Assembly: GCA_028691515.1 (NCBI GenBank)
Contig: JAQUZE010000004.1
Span: forward strand, 26,667-90,666
From: Bacilli bacterium
GTDB taxonomy: Bacteria; Bacillota_I; Bacilli_A; ML615J-28; CAG-698
Direction of reading: 5' to 3'
Length of the DNA: 64,000 nt
Positions 37,216-46,037 of this stretch are shown here, in pieces. The translations under genes were made by a program, and so were the position numbers. Each line of letters starts with the position of its first letter. Positions within the stretch are counted from its first letter, which is position 1. The notes below the pieces were generated by a model, which was not told where the DNA came from, searched no databases, and saw only the letters and a program-made list of their open reading frames with translations.

Positions 37216-38855
37216 TGATTGAAGAAGTATTAAGAAGAATTGAAGAAAAAATAAAAACTATTGTTATTAAGTTATATAGTAAAGAGTTAGATGTTTTTTT
37301 TGAAGTGCCTAAGGATTCAACTTTTGGGGATTATTCTGTAAATGTTGCTATGAGACTTGCAAGAGAATTAAAGAAAAATCCTGTTTTAATAGCAAAAGAA
37401 ATTGTTAAACTAATAAATTTAGAAGAACTTAAATTAGAACGAGTAGATGTTAAGGGAAGTGGATTTATTAATTTATTTATTGATAGACATTTCTTACATG
37501 AAGTTGTTTTTTTAATTAATAAAGAAAAAGATAACTATGGTAATTTAAAAATCGGACAAAAAGAATATATTAATTTAGAATTTGTAAGTGCAAATCCCAC
37601 TGGATATTTACATATTGGCCATGGTAGAGGAGCTGCTTATGGTGATTCACTTGCTAGAATACTTAGAAAAGCTGGATATAGAGTCTCTACTGAGCATTAT
37701 GTAAATGATGCAGGAAAACAAATAGAAAATTTAACAAATAGTATCTATGAAAGATACAAAGAATTATTTGGTTTTGATATTAATTTAAAAGAAGATTATT
37801 ATCATGGTAAAGAAATAATTGAAATTGCAAAGCTAATTAAAGATGATAATGGTGATTATTTTTTAGGTAATGATTGGTTTGAGTATTTTAGAACATTTGG
37901 ATTAGATTATTTGCTTAATGGTTTAAAAAAAGATTTGAATGATTTTAATGTAGTTTTTGATAATTGGTTTTCTGAAAAATCATTATATGATAATAATGAT
38001 GTTGAAAAAACTTTGAATTTTTTAGTTGATAATGCTTATACTTATGAACTAGATGGTGCTGTTTGGCTAAAAACTACAATGTATGGAGATGAAAAAGATA
38101 GAGTTTTAGTAAAAAGTGATGGTAATATGACTTATTTATTGCCTGATGTTGCTTATCATTATAATAAATTGTTAAGAGGTTATACTCATCTAATTGATGT
38201 TTTGGGTAGCGATCATCATGGTTATGTTCCAAGATTAAAAGCTGCAATTGCTTTTGTGGGGGGAAATCCTGATTTATTAGATGTAGAAATATTGCAAATG
38301 GTTAGAGCTATACAAGATGGTAAAGAAGTAAAAATGAGTAAACGAAGTGGAAAGTCTATTACTTTAAGAGATTTAATTGATGAAGTTGGAAGTGATGCTT
38401 TAAGATATATGTATATTTCTAAATCATTATCAACACATATGGATTTAGATCTTGATTTAGCAATTAAAAATACTAATGAGAATCCAGTATTTTATGTGCA
38501 ATATGCTTATGCCAGAATTTGCTCTTTATTTTCAATATTAAATGATAGAGGTTTAGAATTTAAAGAAGTGACAAAATTTGAGTTAATTGATTTTAATAAA
38601 TCATCAAAGATTGTCTTAGATCTTATTCAATATCCTCAATATATTGAAGAGGCTGCTCTTAAAAGACTACCACATAAAATTTGTCAGTATGTTTACTCAC
38701 TTGCGTCTGATTTACATAGTTATTATAATGATGAAAAAATTATCACGGATAATATTTTAGAAATGAATGAAAAATTAACATTATTAAAGGCGGTTCAAAT
38801 AGTTTTAAAAAATAGTCTTGAGTTAATTGGTGTAAAAGTAAAGGAGAAAATGTAG
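37216..38855 (+). CDS. argS: arginyl-tRNA synthetase (start trimmed from 37173 to 37216)
   Basis: The class I HIGH motif is present (PTGYLHIGHGRGAAYGD). A KMSKS-like MSKRSGK is present. The N-terminus MIEEVLRRIEEKIK fits the ArgRS Add-1 domain start. The upstream in-frame codons lie inside the promoter -10 box. Confidence 0.9.
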
Positions 38856-38856
38856 T

Positions 38857-39522
38857 ATGGTAAACTTGTTTAAAAAATATTTATGGGTATTTGAGTGGGT
38901 AGGAGCAGCAATATTAATTGGAATTGGTATTACAGTTGCTATTGTTGATCCAATAGTTTACGTTGTAACAGGTATTATTTTAACAATTTTTGGATTATTT
39001 AGAGTGATTCCTTTAGTTAGAACAACAAAAGCTAAAACGATGAAAATTATTTTAACTGTAGAAGTAGGTTTGAATATTATATTAGGTGGATTATTAATAT
39101 TTTTTGGCTTAAAAGAGAATTTTGATTTAAGCACTTTAAATAATATATATGGTTATTTATTAGGAGCAATTTTATATTCACGAGGAGTAATATATTTTCT
39201 TGGTACAAGTATTTATCAAGAAAGGACTTCACCAGTTTTATTTCTAGCTCATATTGCGTTTATTACTTTGGGGACTTGGTTTATTTTATCTGGAAATCTT
39301 ACAAGTGAAAAATTAGGCTTTGCTATTTTAGGTTTAGCTATTTTAGCAGCATTAATATTAATTTTACATGGTTCGAGAGGCTATAAGAGTTATCGTATTG
39401 ATTCTTTATCTAAAGATGAAACAAAAAGCATTAAAACTAAAGAACAACCTATAAAAAGTGATAAAAAAGATATAATTGTTGATAAGGAAGAACAAAAGAG
39501 AGAGGAGAATATAATTAATTAA
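38857..39522 (+). CDS. hypothetical polytopic membrane protein with charged C-terminal tail
   Basis: There are five to six hydrophobic helices with repeated small-residue motifs. The C-terminal 50 aa is Lys/Glu-rich. It is tightly packed between argS and an M42 peptidase. Confidence 0.5.
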   Translation: MVNLFKKYLWVFEWVGAAILIGIGITVAIVDPIVYVVTGIILTIFGLFRVIPLVRTTKAKTMKIILTVEVGLNIILGGLLIFFGLKENFDLSTLNNIYGYLLGAILYSRGVIYFLGTSIYQERTSPVLFLAHIAFITLGTWFILSGNLTSEKLGFAILGLAILAALILILHGSRGYKSYRIDSLSKDETKSIKTKEQPIKSDKKDIIVDKEEQKREENIIN

Positions 39523-39524
39523 TT

Positions 39525-40604
39525 ATGAATAAAAATGAATTAAAGTTATTAAAAAACATTTCAGAAATTGATGGTGTAAGTGGTCATGAAAAAGAAATTC
39601 GTGAGTTTATAAAAAATGAATTTCTTAATGTTGTTTCAGAAGAAAATATTTCATATGATAGACTAGGTTCTATTATTGCGAAAAAAGAAGGACTTAGTGA
39701 TGGCCCTAAAATTTTGATAACAGGACATATGGATGAAATAGGTATGATTGTTACTAAAATTACTGATGAGGGATTTATTAAATTTCAAACTATTGGTGGT
39801 TGGTGGAGTCAAGTAATGTCTAGTCAAAAGTATACTATTACAACAACTAAAGGCAAAAAAGTTAGAGCTGTTATAGGTTCACTTCCTCCACATATTTTAC
39901 AAAAAGAACAACTTGCAAAACCTGTTGATGTGAAAGATATGTTTATGGATATTGGGGTTAAAAATAGGGAAGAGGCTGAAAAGTTAGGAATTAAAATAGG
40001 AGATTCAATTACTCCGTATACAACTTTTGAACAAATGGGTAATAAGAATTATTTACTTGGCAAAGCTTGGGATGATAGAATTGGATGTGCAATTGCCATT
40101 GATGTCTTAAAAGAATTAAAAGAAGTAAAACACCCCAATATAGTATATGCAGCAGGAACTGTCCAAGAAGAGGTTGGTTGTCGAGGAGCTAAAACTGTAG
40201 CTCAAATTGTTAATCCTGATATTTCTATTGCTTTAGATACTGGAATTGCTTTTGATGTGCCTGGAACTGATGGTCATGTAAAAATAGGTGATGGTCCTGT
40301 AATGTTGGTTTATGATGGAGGATTAATTGGTCATTTAGCATTACGAGAAAAAATGATGGAAATTGCTGATGAATTAAAAATTCCTTATCAGTTAGATCAT
40401 TTGCAACGTGGGGGCACTGATGCTTCACAAATGCATCTTGTTCATGATGGTGCACCTTCAATGTCATTTATTGTAGCTACACGTTATATTCATGGACATA
40501 CTTCAGTTATCCATTATGATGATTATAAAAATGCTGTAAAAATCATTGTGGAACTTATTAAAAGACTAGATAAAGATACTGTTAATAAAATAACTTTTGA
40601 TTAA
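39525..40604 (+). CDS. M42 family glutamyl aminopeptidase (FrvX/YsdC/PepA-like)
   Basis: The metal-binding context is present (LITGHMDEIGMIVTKITDEGFI). The motifs WDDRIGCA and QEEVGCRGA are present. Length is 359 aa. Confidence 0.85.
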   Translation: MNKNELKLLKNISEIDGVSGHEKEIREFIKNEFLNVVSEENISYDRLGSIIAKKEGLSDGPKILITGHMDEIGMIVTKITDEGFIKFQTIGGWWSQVMSSQKYTITTTKGKKVRAVIGSLPPHILQKEQLAKPVDVKDMFMDIGVKNREEAEKLGIKIGDSITPYTTFEQMGNKNYLLGKAWDDRIGCAIAIDVLKELKEVKHPNIVYAAGTVQEEVGCRGAKTVAQIVNPDISIALDTGIAFDVPGTDGHVKIGDGPVMLVYDGGLIGHLALREKMMEIADELKIPYQLDHLQRGGTDASQMHLVHDGAPSMSFIVATRYIHGHTSVIHYDDYKNAVKIIVELIKRLDKDTVNKITFD

Positions 40605-40622
40605 GGATTTAAATTTTAAATT

Positions 40623-40656
40623 AAGCTGGAATATTAAATTTATTCCAGCTTTTACT
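40623..40656 (+). terminator. Rho-independent terminator after the M42 peptidase gene
   Basis: The hairpin is AAGCTGGAAT-attaaattt-ATTCCAGCTT, followed by TTT. Confidence 0.65.
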
Positions 40657-40722
40657 TAAATAATATTCAGTTTAAATATTGAAAATAGTTACTATTTGTG
40701 ATAATATATTTTAGTAATAAAT

Positions 40723-40799
40723 GCGCCTATAACTCAACTGGATAGAGTATCTGACTTCGAATCAGAAGGTTACGAGTTCGAATCTTGTTAGGCGTGCCA
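40723..40799 (+). tRNA. tRNA-Arg (anticodon UCG as read from the loop CUUCGAA)
   Basis: The 77-nt cloverleaf has acceptor GCGCCUA/UAGGCGU, D stem ACUC/GAGU, anticodon stem UCUGA/UCAGA and T arm ACGAG-UUCGAAU-CUUGU. Discriminator G and CCA are encoded. Confidence 0.75.
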
Positions 40800-40802
40800 G
40801 AT

Positions 40803-40878
40803 GGCCTGTTGGAGAAGTGGTTAACTCATAAGCCTCTCAAGCTTACATTCACGGGTTCAAGTCCCGTACAGGTCACCA
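40803..40878 (+). tRNA. tRNA-Glu (anticodon CUC as read from the loop CUCUCAA; isotype assignment tentative)
   Basis: The 76-nt cloverleaf has acceptor GGCCUGU/ACAGGUC, anticodon stem UAAGC/GCUUA and T arm ACGGG-UUCAAGU-CCCGU. A 5-nt variable loop is present. The CCA end is encoded. Confidence 0.65.
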
Positions 40879-40891
40879 TAAAACATTAATA

Positions 40892-40928
40892 CTCTGCTAT
40901 TCATAATTTGAGTAGCGGAGTTTTTATT
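40892..40928 (+). terminator. terminator after the tRNA pair
   Basis: The hairpin is CUCUGCUA-13nt-UAGCGGAG (one G-U), followed by TTTTTATTT. Confidence 0.55.
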
Positions 40929-41195
40929 TATTTCTATATAAATAAATACAATTAGAATAATTAATTTTATAATGATATTTTAATATATTAACTTAATATG
41001 TTATAAAAATTCTTAAATTGCTTGTTTATTGTATTTTTGATACAATATAGTCATAATGTAAAAATAAATAGCTTTTTAAGTATTAATTACTTGTTATAAA
41101 TGTTGTTTTGAAGTAAAATCTTTTTTAGCATTTTTTTCTTTTTAAATGATGTAGGTTATAGTTAGATGAGGCGGTTATTATGGGGTTAATTAGTA

Positions 41196-44100
41196 ATGTT
41201 AGAAGAATATTTAAAAAAAAATAGAATAACAGAAGTAAAACCAAGTGAAATTGAAAAAGTTACTAAATCATTTTTACTATTTTTTGATTTTATAAACAAG
41301 CCAGTTAATAGAAGTAATTTTATAAATACTTTAATAGGAAGAAATAATTCTTTAAAAATGAAAGATCAAACTTCTATATTCGGTTCTTTGAATGATTTAA
41401 ATTATGATGCTGTAAAAAAATATCTATTTTATTTTATTTCTCTAGATTATATTTCTATCGTTAAACATAGTAGTTATACTTTTATAGTTAAAAATAATAA
41501 AACTAAGAATTTAATAAGGGATGTAAATAACTTTGATATTAATTCATTTAAAATGCCTAATGACGAAAATAATTTTATTAATATATATATTAGAGATTTA
41601 GATAGTAAAAAATCAAATCTTATTGATGAAAAAATAGTACAAAATAATAAATTTTCAAATGTAGAGGAAATAAATTACGATAAAAAACTTTATGATATCC
41701 TTGCTAAGAAACGGAGCGACATTGCTTTGGAGCGTAATATTCCATCTTATATGGTTGTGAATAATCAAACGCTAAAGTTAATAACAGAAATAAAGCCAGT
41801 TACTGAGGAATCTATGCTAAGTATTTATGGTATGGGAAAAAAGAAATTTGATTCTTTTGGGAACCAATTTTTGAATCTTATAAAATTATACTTAATAAAA
41901 AATGAAGAAGAACAATATGTAGATTCAATGAGTGATTTAAACTATATATTTTCAGGAAAAAGGTTTATTTCAAAAAAAGAAATTGAAGAAATATATAATC
42001 TTTATAATAAAAATGAAATTAAGAAAAATCAAAATTATGATAAATATTTTGAGAATTTAAAAATACTAGAGGATTTTCGTGAATTATATAACGAGAAGTT
42101 TGTAAAACAAAAATTAATTGAAGAAAAACAGTATCTTGATTCAATTCTTGAAGTTGTTGATCCTGTGATTAAATTAGATAAAAAACAAAGAGAAGTAGTT
42201 TTAAGAGATGAAGATTATACTCTTGTGGTTGCTGGAGCTGGTTCAGGGAAAACTACAACAGTAGCCGCAAAAGTAAAATATTTAGTTGATAAGAAAAAAA
42301 CATGTCCAGAAAAGATTTTAATTGTATCCTATACTAATAAAGCAGTTGATGAATTAAAAGATAGAATTAACAAACAACTGAAAATACCTGCCATTATTTC
42401 TACTTTTCATAAGGTTGGCTATGCTCTCGTTAAGAAGACAAGAGATAATGAGCAGATAAAAGTTGCTCGTGATGCTATTACATATAATATTATTAGAGAA
42501 TATTTAAATGTTTATTTAAAAAATAAACCAGATGAATTAAGAGCTTTAATTATGTTTTTTGGTTATTATATTGATGCTCCTATTTCAGGTACAGACATAG
42601 AGAGTTTTATTAGACATTTTCAAAGAAATGATTTCACAACTTTAAAAACGAATATCAAGCAGATCACTGAGCAGTTAATTGATAATAAAGCTGCTAATAA
42701 GAGTTCTATTCAGCATGAAGTTATGCGGTCACTAGAAGAAGTTCAAATTGCAAACTTTTTATATTTAAATAGTGTAGATTATGAATACGAAGCCTCTTAT
42801 CCCTTTGTTTTAGAAGGCTCAAGTAAAATTTATACTCCTGACTTTACAATTCGTTATAAAGATAAAGTTATTTATTTAGAACATTTTGGGATTAGTCAAG
42901 ATGGTAAATGTTCACGATATACTGAATCAGAATTGGAACGATATAAAAAAAATATTAATGATAAAATATTACTACATCGCAAAAGGAACACAATTTTAAT
43001 TTATACATTTTCTACATATATTGATGGAAAAGATTTATTACAACACTTAAAAGAATTGCTAGAACAATCAGGAATTGAATTAATTCCAAGATCAGTTAGT
43101 GAAGTTTATAAAACAATAGCAAATGAAGAAAGCAATAAATATTTTAATAGGTTTGTATTTTTTGTTAAGGATTTTATTTCTTCTTTTAAAACTAATGGTT
43201 ATACTGAAAAAGATTTTGAAAAATTAATGAATAAAACTGATAATGTAAGAATTCGTTTATTTTTAAACATTTGTAAACCAATATATATGCATTATCAAAA
43301 AGAATTATATGAAAACAATTTTTTAGATTTTGAAGATATGATTAATGAATCTGCAAGATTATTAGAAAATCCAGAATTTATAAAACAAATACCTGAATTT
43401 GAATATGTTATTATTGATGAATATCAAGATATTTCGCGACAAAGATTCGACTTAACAAAAGCTCTGTCTGATTTGACAAAAGCTAAACTAATAGCAGTTG
43501 GGGATGATTGGCAATCAATTTTTGCTTTTGCTGGATCAAGAATTGATTTATTTTTAAAATTCAAGGGATTAATGGGTTATGCTGATTATTTAACTATTGA
43601 TCATACATATAGAAACGCTCAAGAAGTGATTAATATTGCTGGTGATTTTATTCAAAAAAATAGTAGTCAATTAAAGAAAAATTTAATATCACCAAAAAAT
43701 ATCGATATTCCAATAATTTTATATGAATATAACGATATTACATATAAAAATGAAATTAAAGGTTATAAGGGGATTATTATTGAAAAAGCGAAAATACTTA
43801 ATAAGATAATTAGTTCTATATCAAGACAATATGGTACAAACCAAACAATAGCTGTTTTGGGTAGGTATAATTTTGAAGAACAACAATTAACTAAGACAGA
43901 TTTATTTTATTTAGATAAAAAAGCTAATTTAAGATCAAAAAATTTTCCTAAAGTAAAACTAATTTTTTCAACAATTCATAATTCAAAAGGATTAGGGTTT
44001 GATAATGTTATTATTTTAAATGGCAGTAATGAAGTTTATGGTTTTCCGTCACAAATTGAAATGGATCCTATTTTTAAATTGGTTAAATATTATGATCAAA

Positions 44101-44573
44101 CTATTAGTTATGCTGAGGAAAGAAGGTTATTTTATGTTGCTTTGACAAGAACAAAAAATCAAGTACATATTCTTTATCCTAAAACTAAACCTTCTTCGTT
44201 TGTTTTGGAACTTGCAAATAATTATGATTTAGTAAAACATCCTTCAGATATTACTGAAAAAGCACCATTACAAGATCGTAAAGATAAATTATGTCCAATT
44301 TGTGGTTATCCTTTACAATTGAAAAAAAATAGAGCATATGGGTTTAGGTTATTTATGTGTTCTAATGAGCCAGAACTTTGTGGATATTTAACTAACAACT
44401 TAAGAAGTGGTAAAGAAAGTATATCAAAATGTACAGAGTGTATGACAGGATATTTGGTTGTTAAACATTCTATAAAAAAAGATCAATACTTTTTTGGATG
44501 TACAAATTATAGAAAAGATGGTAAAGGATGTAACAAAACAAAACCTATTGATTACAGTGATGCAAATAAATAA
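41196..44573 (+). CDS. multidomain UvrD-like SF1 helicase: N-terminal RQC-like winged helix + HRDC domain, helicase core with ~250-aa nuclease-like insertion, C-terminal topoisomerase-type zinc ribbons
   Basis: The HRDC-like segment is KLYDILAKKRSDIALERNIPSYMVVNNQTLKLITEIKPVTEESMLSIYGMGKKKFDSFGNQF. The Walker A is VVAGAGSGKTTTVAAKV. Motif II is VIIDEYQDIS. Motif III is AVGDDWQSIFAFAGS. Motif V is STIHNSKGLGFDNVIIL. Motif VI is RRLFYVALTRTKNQ. The insertion between Ia and II contains YTPDFTIRYKDKVIYLEHFG. Two Cys4 ribbons are present (CPICGYP...CSNEPELCGY and CTECMTGY...CTNYRKDGKGC). Confidence 0.8.
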   Translation: MLEEYLKKNRITEVKPSEIEKVTKSFLLFFDFINKPVNRSNFINTLIGRNNSLKMKDQTSIFGSLNDLNYDAVKKYLFYFISLDYISIVKHSSYTFIVKNNKTKNLIRDVNNFDINSFKMPNDENNFINIYIRDLDSKKSNLIDEKIVQNNKFSNVEEINYDKKLYDILAKKRSDIALERNIPSYMVVNNQTLKLITEIKPVTEESMLSIYGMGKKKFDSFGNQFLNLIKLYLIKNEEEQYVDSMSDLNYIFSGKRFISKKEIEEIYNLYNKNEIKKNQNYDKYFENLKILEDFRELYNEKFVKQKLIEEKQYLDSILEVVDPVIKLDKKQREVVLRDEDYTLVVAGAGSGKTTTVAAKVKYLVDKKKTCPEKILIVSYTNKAVDELKDRINKQLKIPAIISTFHKVGYALVKKTRDNEQIKVARDAITYNIIREYLNVYLKNKPDELRALIMFFGYYIDAPISGTDIESFIRHFQRNDFTTLKTNIKQITEQLIDNKAANKSSIQHEVMRSLEEVQIANFLYLNSVDYEYEASYPFVLEGSSKIYTPDFTIRYKDKVIYLEHFGISQDGKCSRYTESELERYKKNINDKILLHRKRNTILIYTFSTYIDGKDLLQHLKELLEQSGIELIPRSVSEVYKTIANEESNKYFNRFVFFVKDFISSFKTNGYTEKDFEKLMNKTDNVRIRLFLNICKPIYMHYQKELYENNFLDFEDMINESARLLENPEFIKQIPEFEYVIIDEYQDISRQRFDLTKALSDLTKAKLIAVGDDWQSIFAFAGSRIDLFLKFKGLMGYADYLTIDHTYRNAQEVINIAGDFIQKNSSQLKKNLISPKNIDIPIILYEYNDITYKNEIKGYKGIIIEKAKILNKIISSISRQYGTNQTIAVLGRYNFEEQQLTKTDLFYLDKKANLRSKNFPKVKLIFSTIHNSKGLGFDNVIILNGSNEVYGFPSQIEMDPIFKLVKYYDQTISYAEERRLFYVALTRTKNQVHILYPKTKPSSFVLELANNYDLVKHPSDITEKAPLQDRKDKLCPICGYPLQLKKNRAYGFRLFMCSNEPELCGYLTNNLRSGKESISKCTECMTGYLVVKHSIKKDQYFFGCTNYRKDGKGCNKTKPIDYSDANK

Positions 44574-44685
44574 TTTTAAGTTTAAATAATAAATACAATA
44601 GTTAAACTAATTCTTTTATAGATTTGACTATTTATATACATTAATATATACTTAAATTATAAGTGTTAAATTTAGGAGGTAATTT

Positions 44686-45945
44686 ATGGCTAAAATTAAA
44701 GATGTAGAAATAGTAAATTCTCATACGATTAAATTATTGTCTGACGCTAATAAAGGTGATGAAATTGATTTATTAGAAATAAGTCAAATAGATACTTCAA
44801 TAATTTTGGAAAAGATTGATGCTGAGACAGATAAAATATATAATAAAAAATTAAATGATTTAAAATTACAGATGCAATCAGATAGTAATCTAAAAATGAT
44901 TGAAGCTACAAAAAAATTAGAAGATGAGATATTGAAACTTAAGACATTGTTTGAAACCAAAGAAAAAGAAATTACTATGTCTTTAGAATCAAAATTCATT
45001 GTTGAAAAAGGGAAATTAGAAAATCAAATTGCTCTTTTAAAAAGTGAAAATGAATCATTTGAAAGTAAAAAAGAATCTGCAGTTAATGAAGTGAAAAATA
45101 AATTAGAAAATGAACTATTGCAAGTACAACAAAAGTATAGTTCACAAATTTATGAGCAGAAAGAAAAAATTTCTAATTTAGAATTAACGAAATCTCTATT
45201 AAGTATAAAGAAAATTGGAGAAAAATTAGAAGAATGGTGTAATCAAGAATATTTAACTCATGAAATAAATGGTTTTGATAATTGTACTTGGGAAAAGGAT
45301 AATATCTCTATAAAAGATGAATTTTCTTCTCGAGCCACTAAAGCTGATTATATTTTTAAAGTTTATTCAAGTAACATTAAAGATGAATCAACTCTATTAA
45401 CATCTGTTGCTTGTGAAATGAAGAGTGAAGATCCTACTTCTTTAAATAAAAAGAAAAATTCTGATCATTATGCTAAATTAGATAAAGATAGAATAAAAAA
45501 GAATTGTGAATACGCGTTATTAATTAGTGAATTAGAATGGGAAACAGATAATGATGCCCCAATTAGAAAAGTAGTGGAATATGATAAAATGTATATGGTT
45601 AGACCTCAATACTTTATTGTCTTTTTAAGTATTATTACAGCATTAGGAAAAAAATATCACGATGTTATTAATGAACATAATATTCAAAAAGAACAATTTA
45701 AAGAAACAGAAGAAATAGTAGAAGAATTTGAGAAAATGAAAAATCAAATTTTATCTCATTCTATTAGACTTTTAGAAAAACACGCAAATAGTATTATAGA
45801 CAATGCACAAAAGATTGAAGGCTTATCAAATAATATACTAGAATCTGGAAGGTTGATAATTAATACATATCTTGATCAAATTAAAAATAAAATTGAAAAT
45901 TTTAATATAACAAAAATTAATAAAAAAATTGATAAAATTATTTAA
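44686..45945 (+). CDS. coiled-coil protein with C-terminal PD-(D/E)xK-like nuclease motif (family unassigned)
   Basis: The 419-aa protein has a strong AGGAGG RBS. Residues ~40-200 are heptad-rich (KLNDLKLQMQSDSNLKMIEATKKLEDEILKLKTLFETKEKEI...). The C-terminal globular region has KADYIFKVY...(20 aa)...LTSVACEMKSED, a candidate D...ExK catalytic arrangement. No P-loop is present. Confidence 0.6.
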   Translation: MAKIKDVEIVNSHTIKLLSDANKGDEIDLLEISQIDTSIILEKIDAETDKIYNKKLNDLKLQMQSDSNLKMIEATKKLEDEILKLKTLFETKEKEITMSLESKFIVEKGKLENQIALLKSENESFESKKESAVNEVKNKLENELLQVQQKYSSQIYEQKEKISNLELTKSLLSIKKIGEKLEEWCNQEYLTHEINGFDNCTWEKDNISIKDEFSSRATKADYIFKVYSSNIKDESTLLTSVACEMKSEDPTSLNKKKNSDHYAKLDKDRIKKNCEYALLISELEWETDNDAPIRKVVEYDKMYMVRPQYFIVFLSIITALGKKYHDVINEHNIQKEQFKETEEIVEEFEKMKNQILSHSIRLLEKHANSIIDNAQKIEGLSNNILESGRLIINTYLDQIKNKIENFNITKINKKIDKII

Positions 45946-45954
45946 ACTGAAATA

Positions 45955-45988
45955 AAAAACGTGATTTAAAAATCACGTTTTTATTTAA
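45955..45988 (+). terminator. Rho-independent terminator closing the two-gene module
   Basis: The hairpin is AAAAACGTGATTT-aa-AAATCACGTTTTT, followed by ATTT. Confidence 0.75.
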
Positions 45989-46037
45989 ATTTTCAACAAT
46001 TTAATACTAATCTATGTTATAATAATTAACAAATGAG

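Noticed and set aside
40879-46037. Direct-repeat att site matching the 3' end of tRNA-Glu at the far side of the helicase/nuclease module
   Set aside because: I scanned 45950-46040 by eye for a copy of GGTTCAAGTCCCGTACAGGTCACCA or fragments and found none. No integrase or recombinase is encoded in the interval. The island hypothesis therefore rests only on context.
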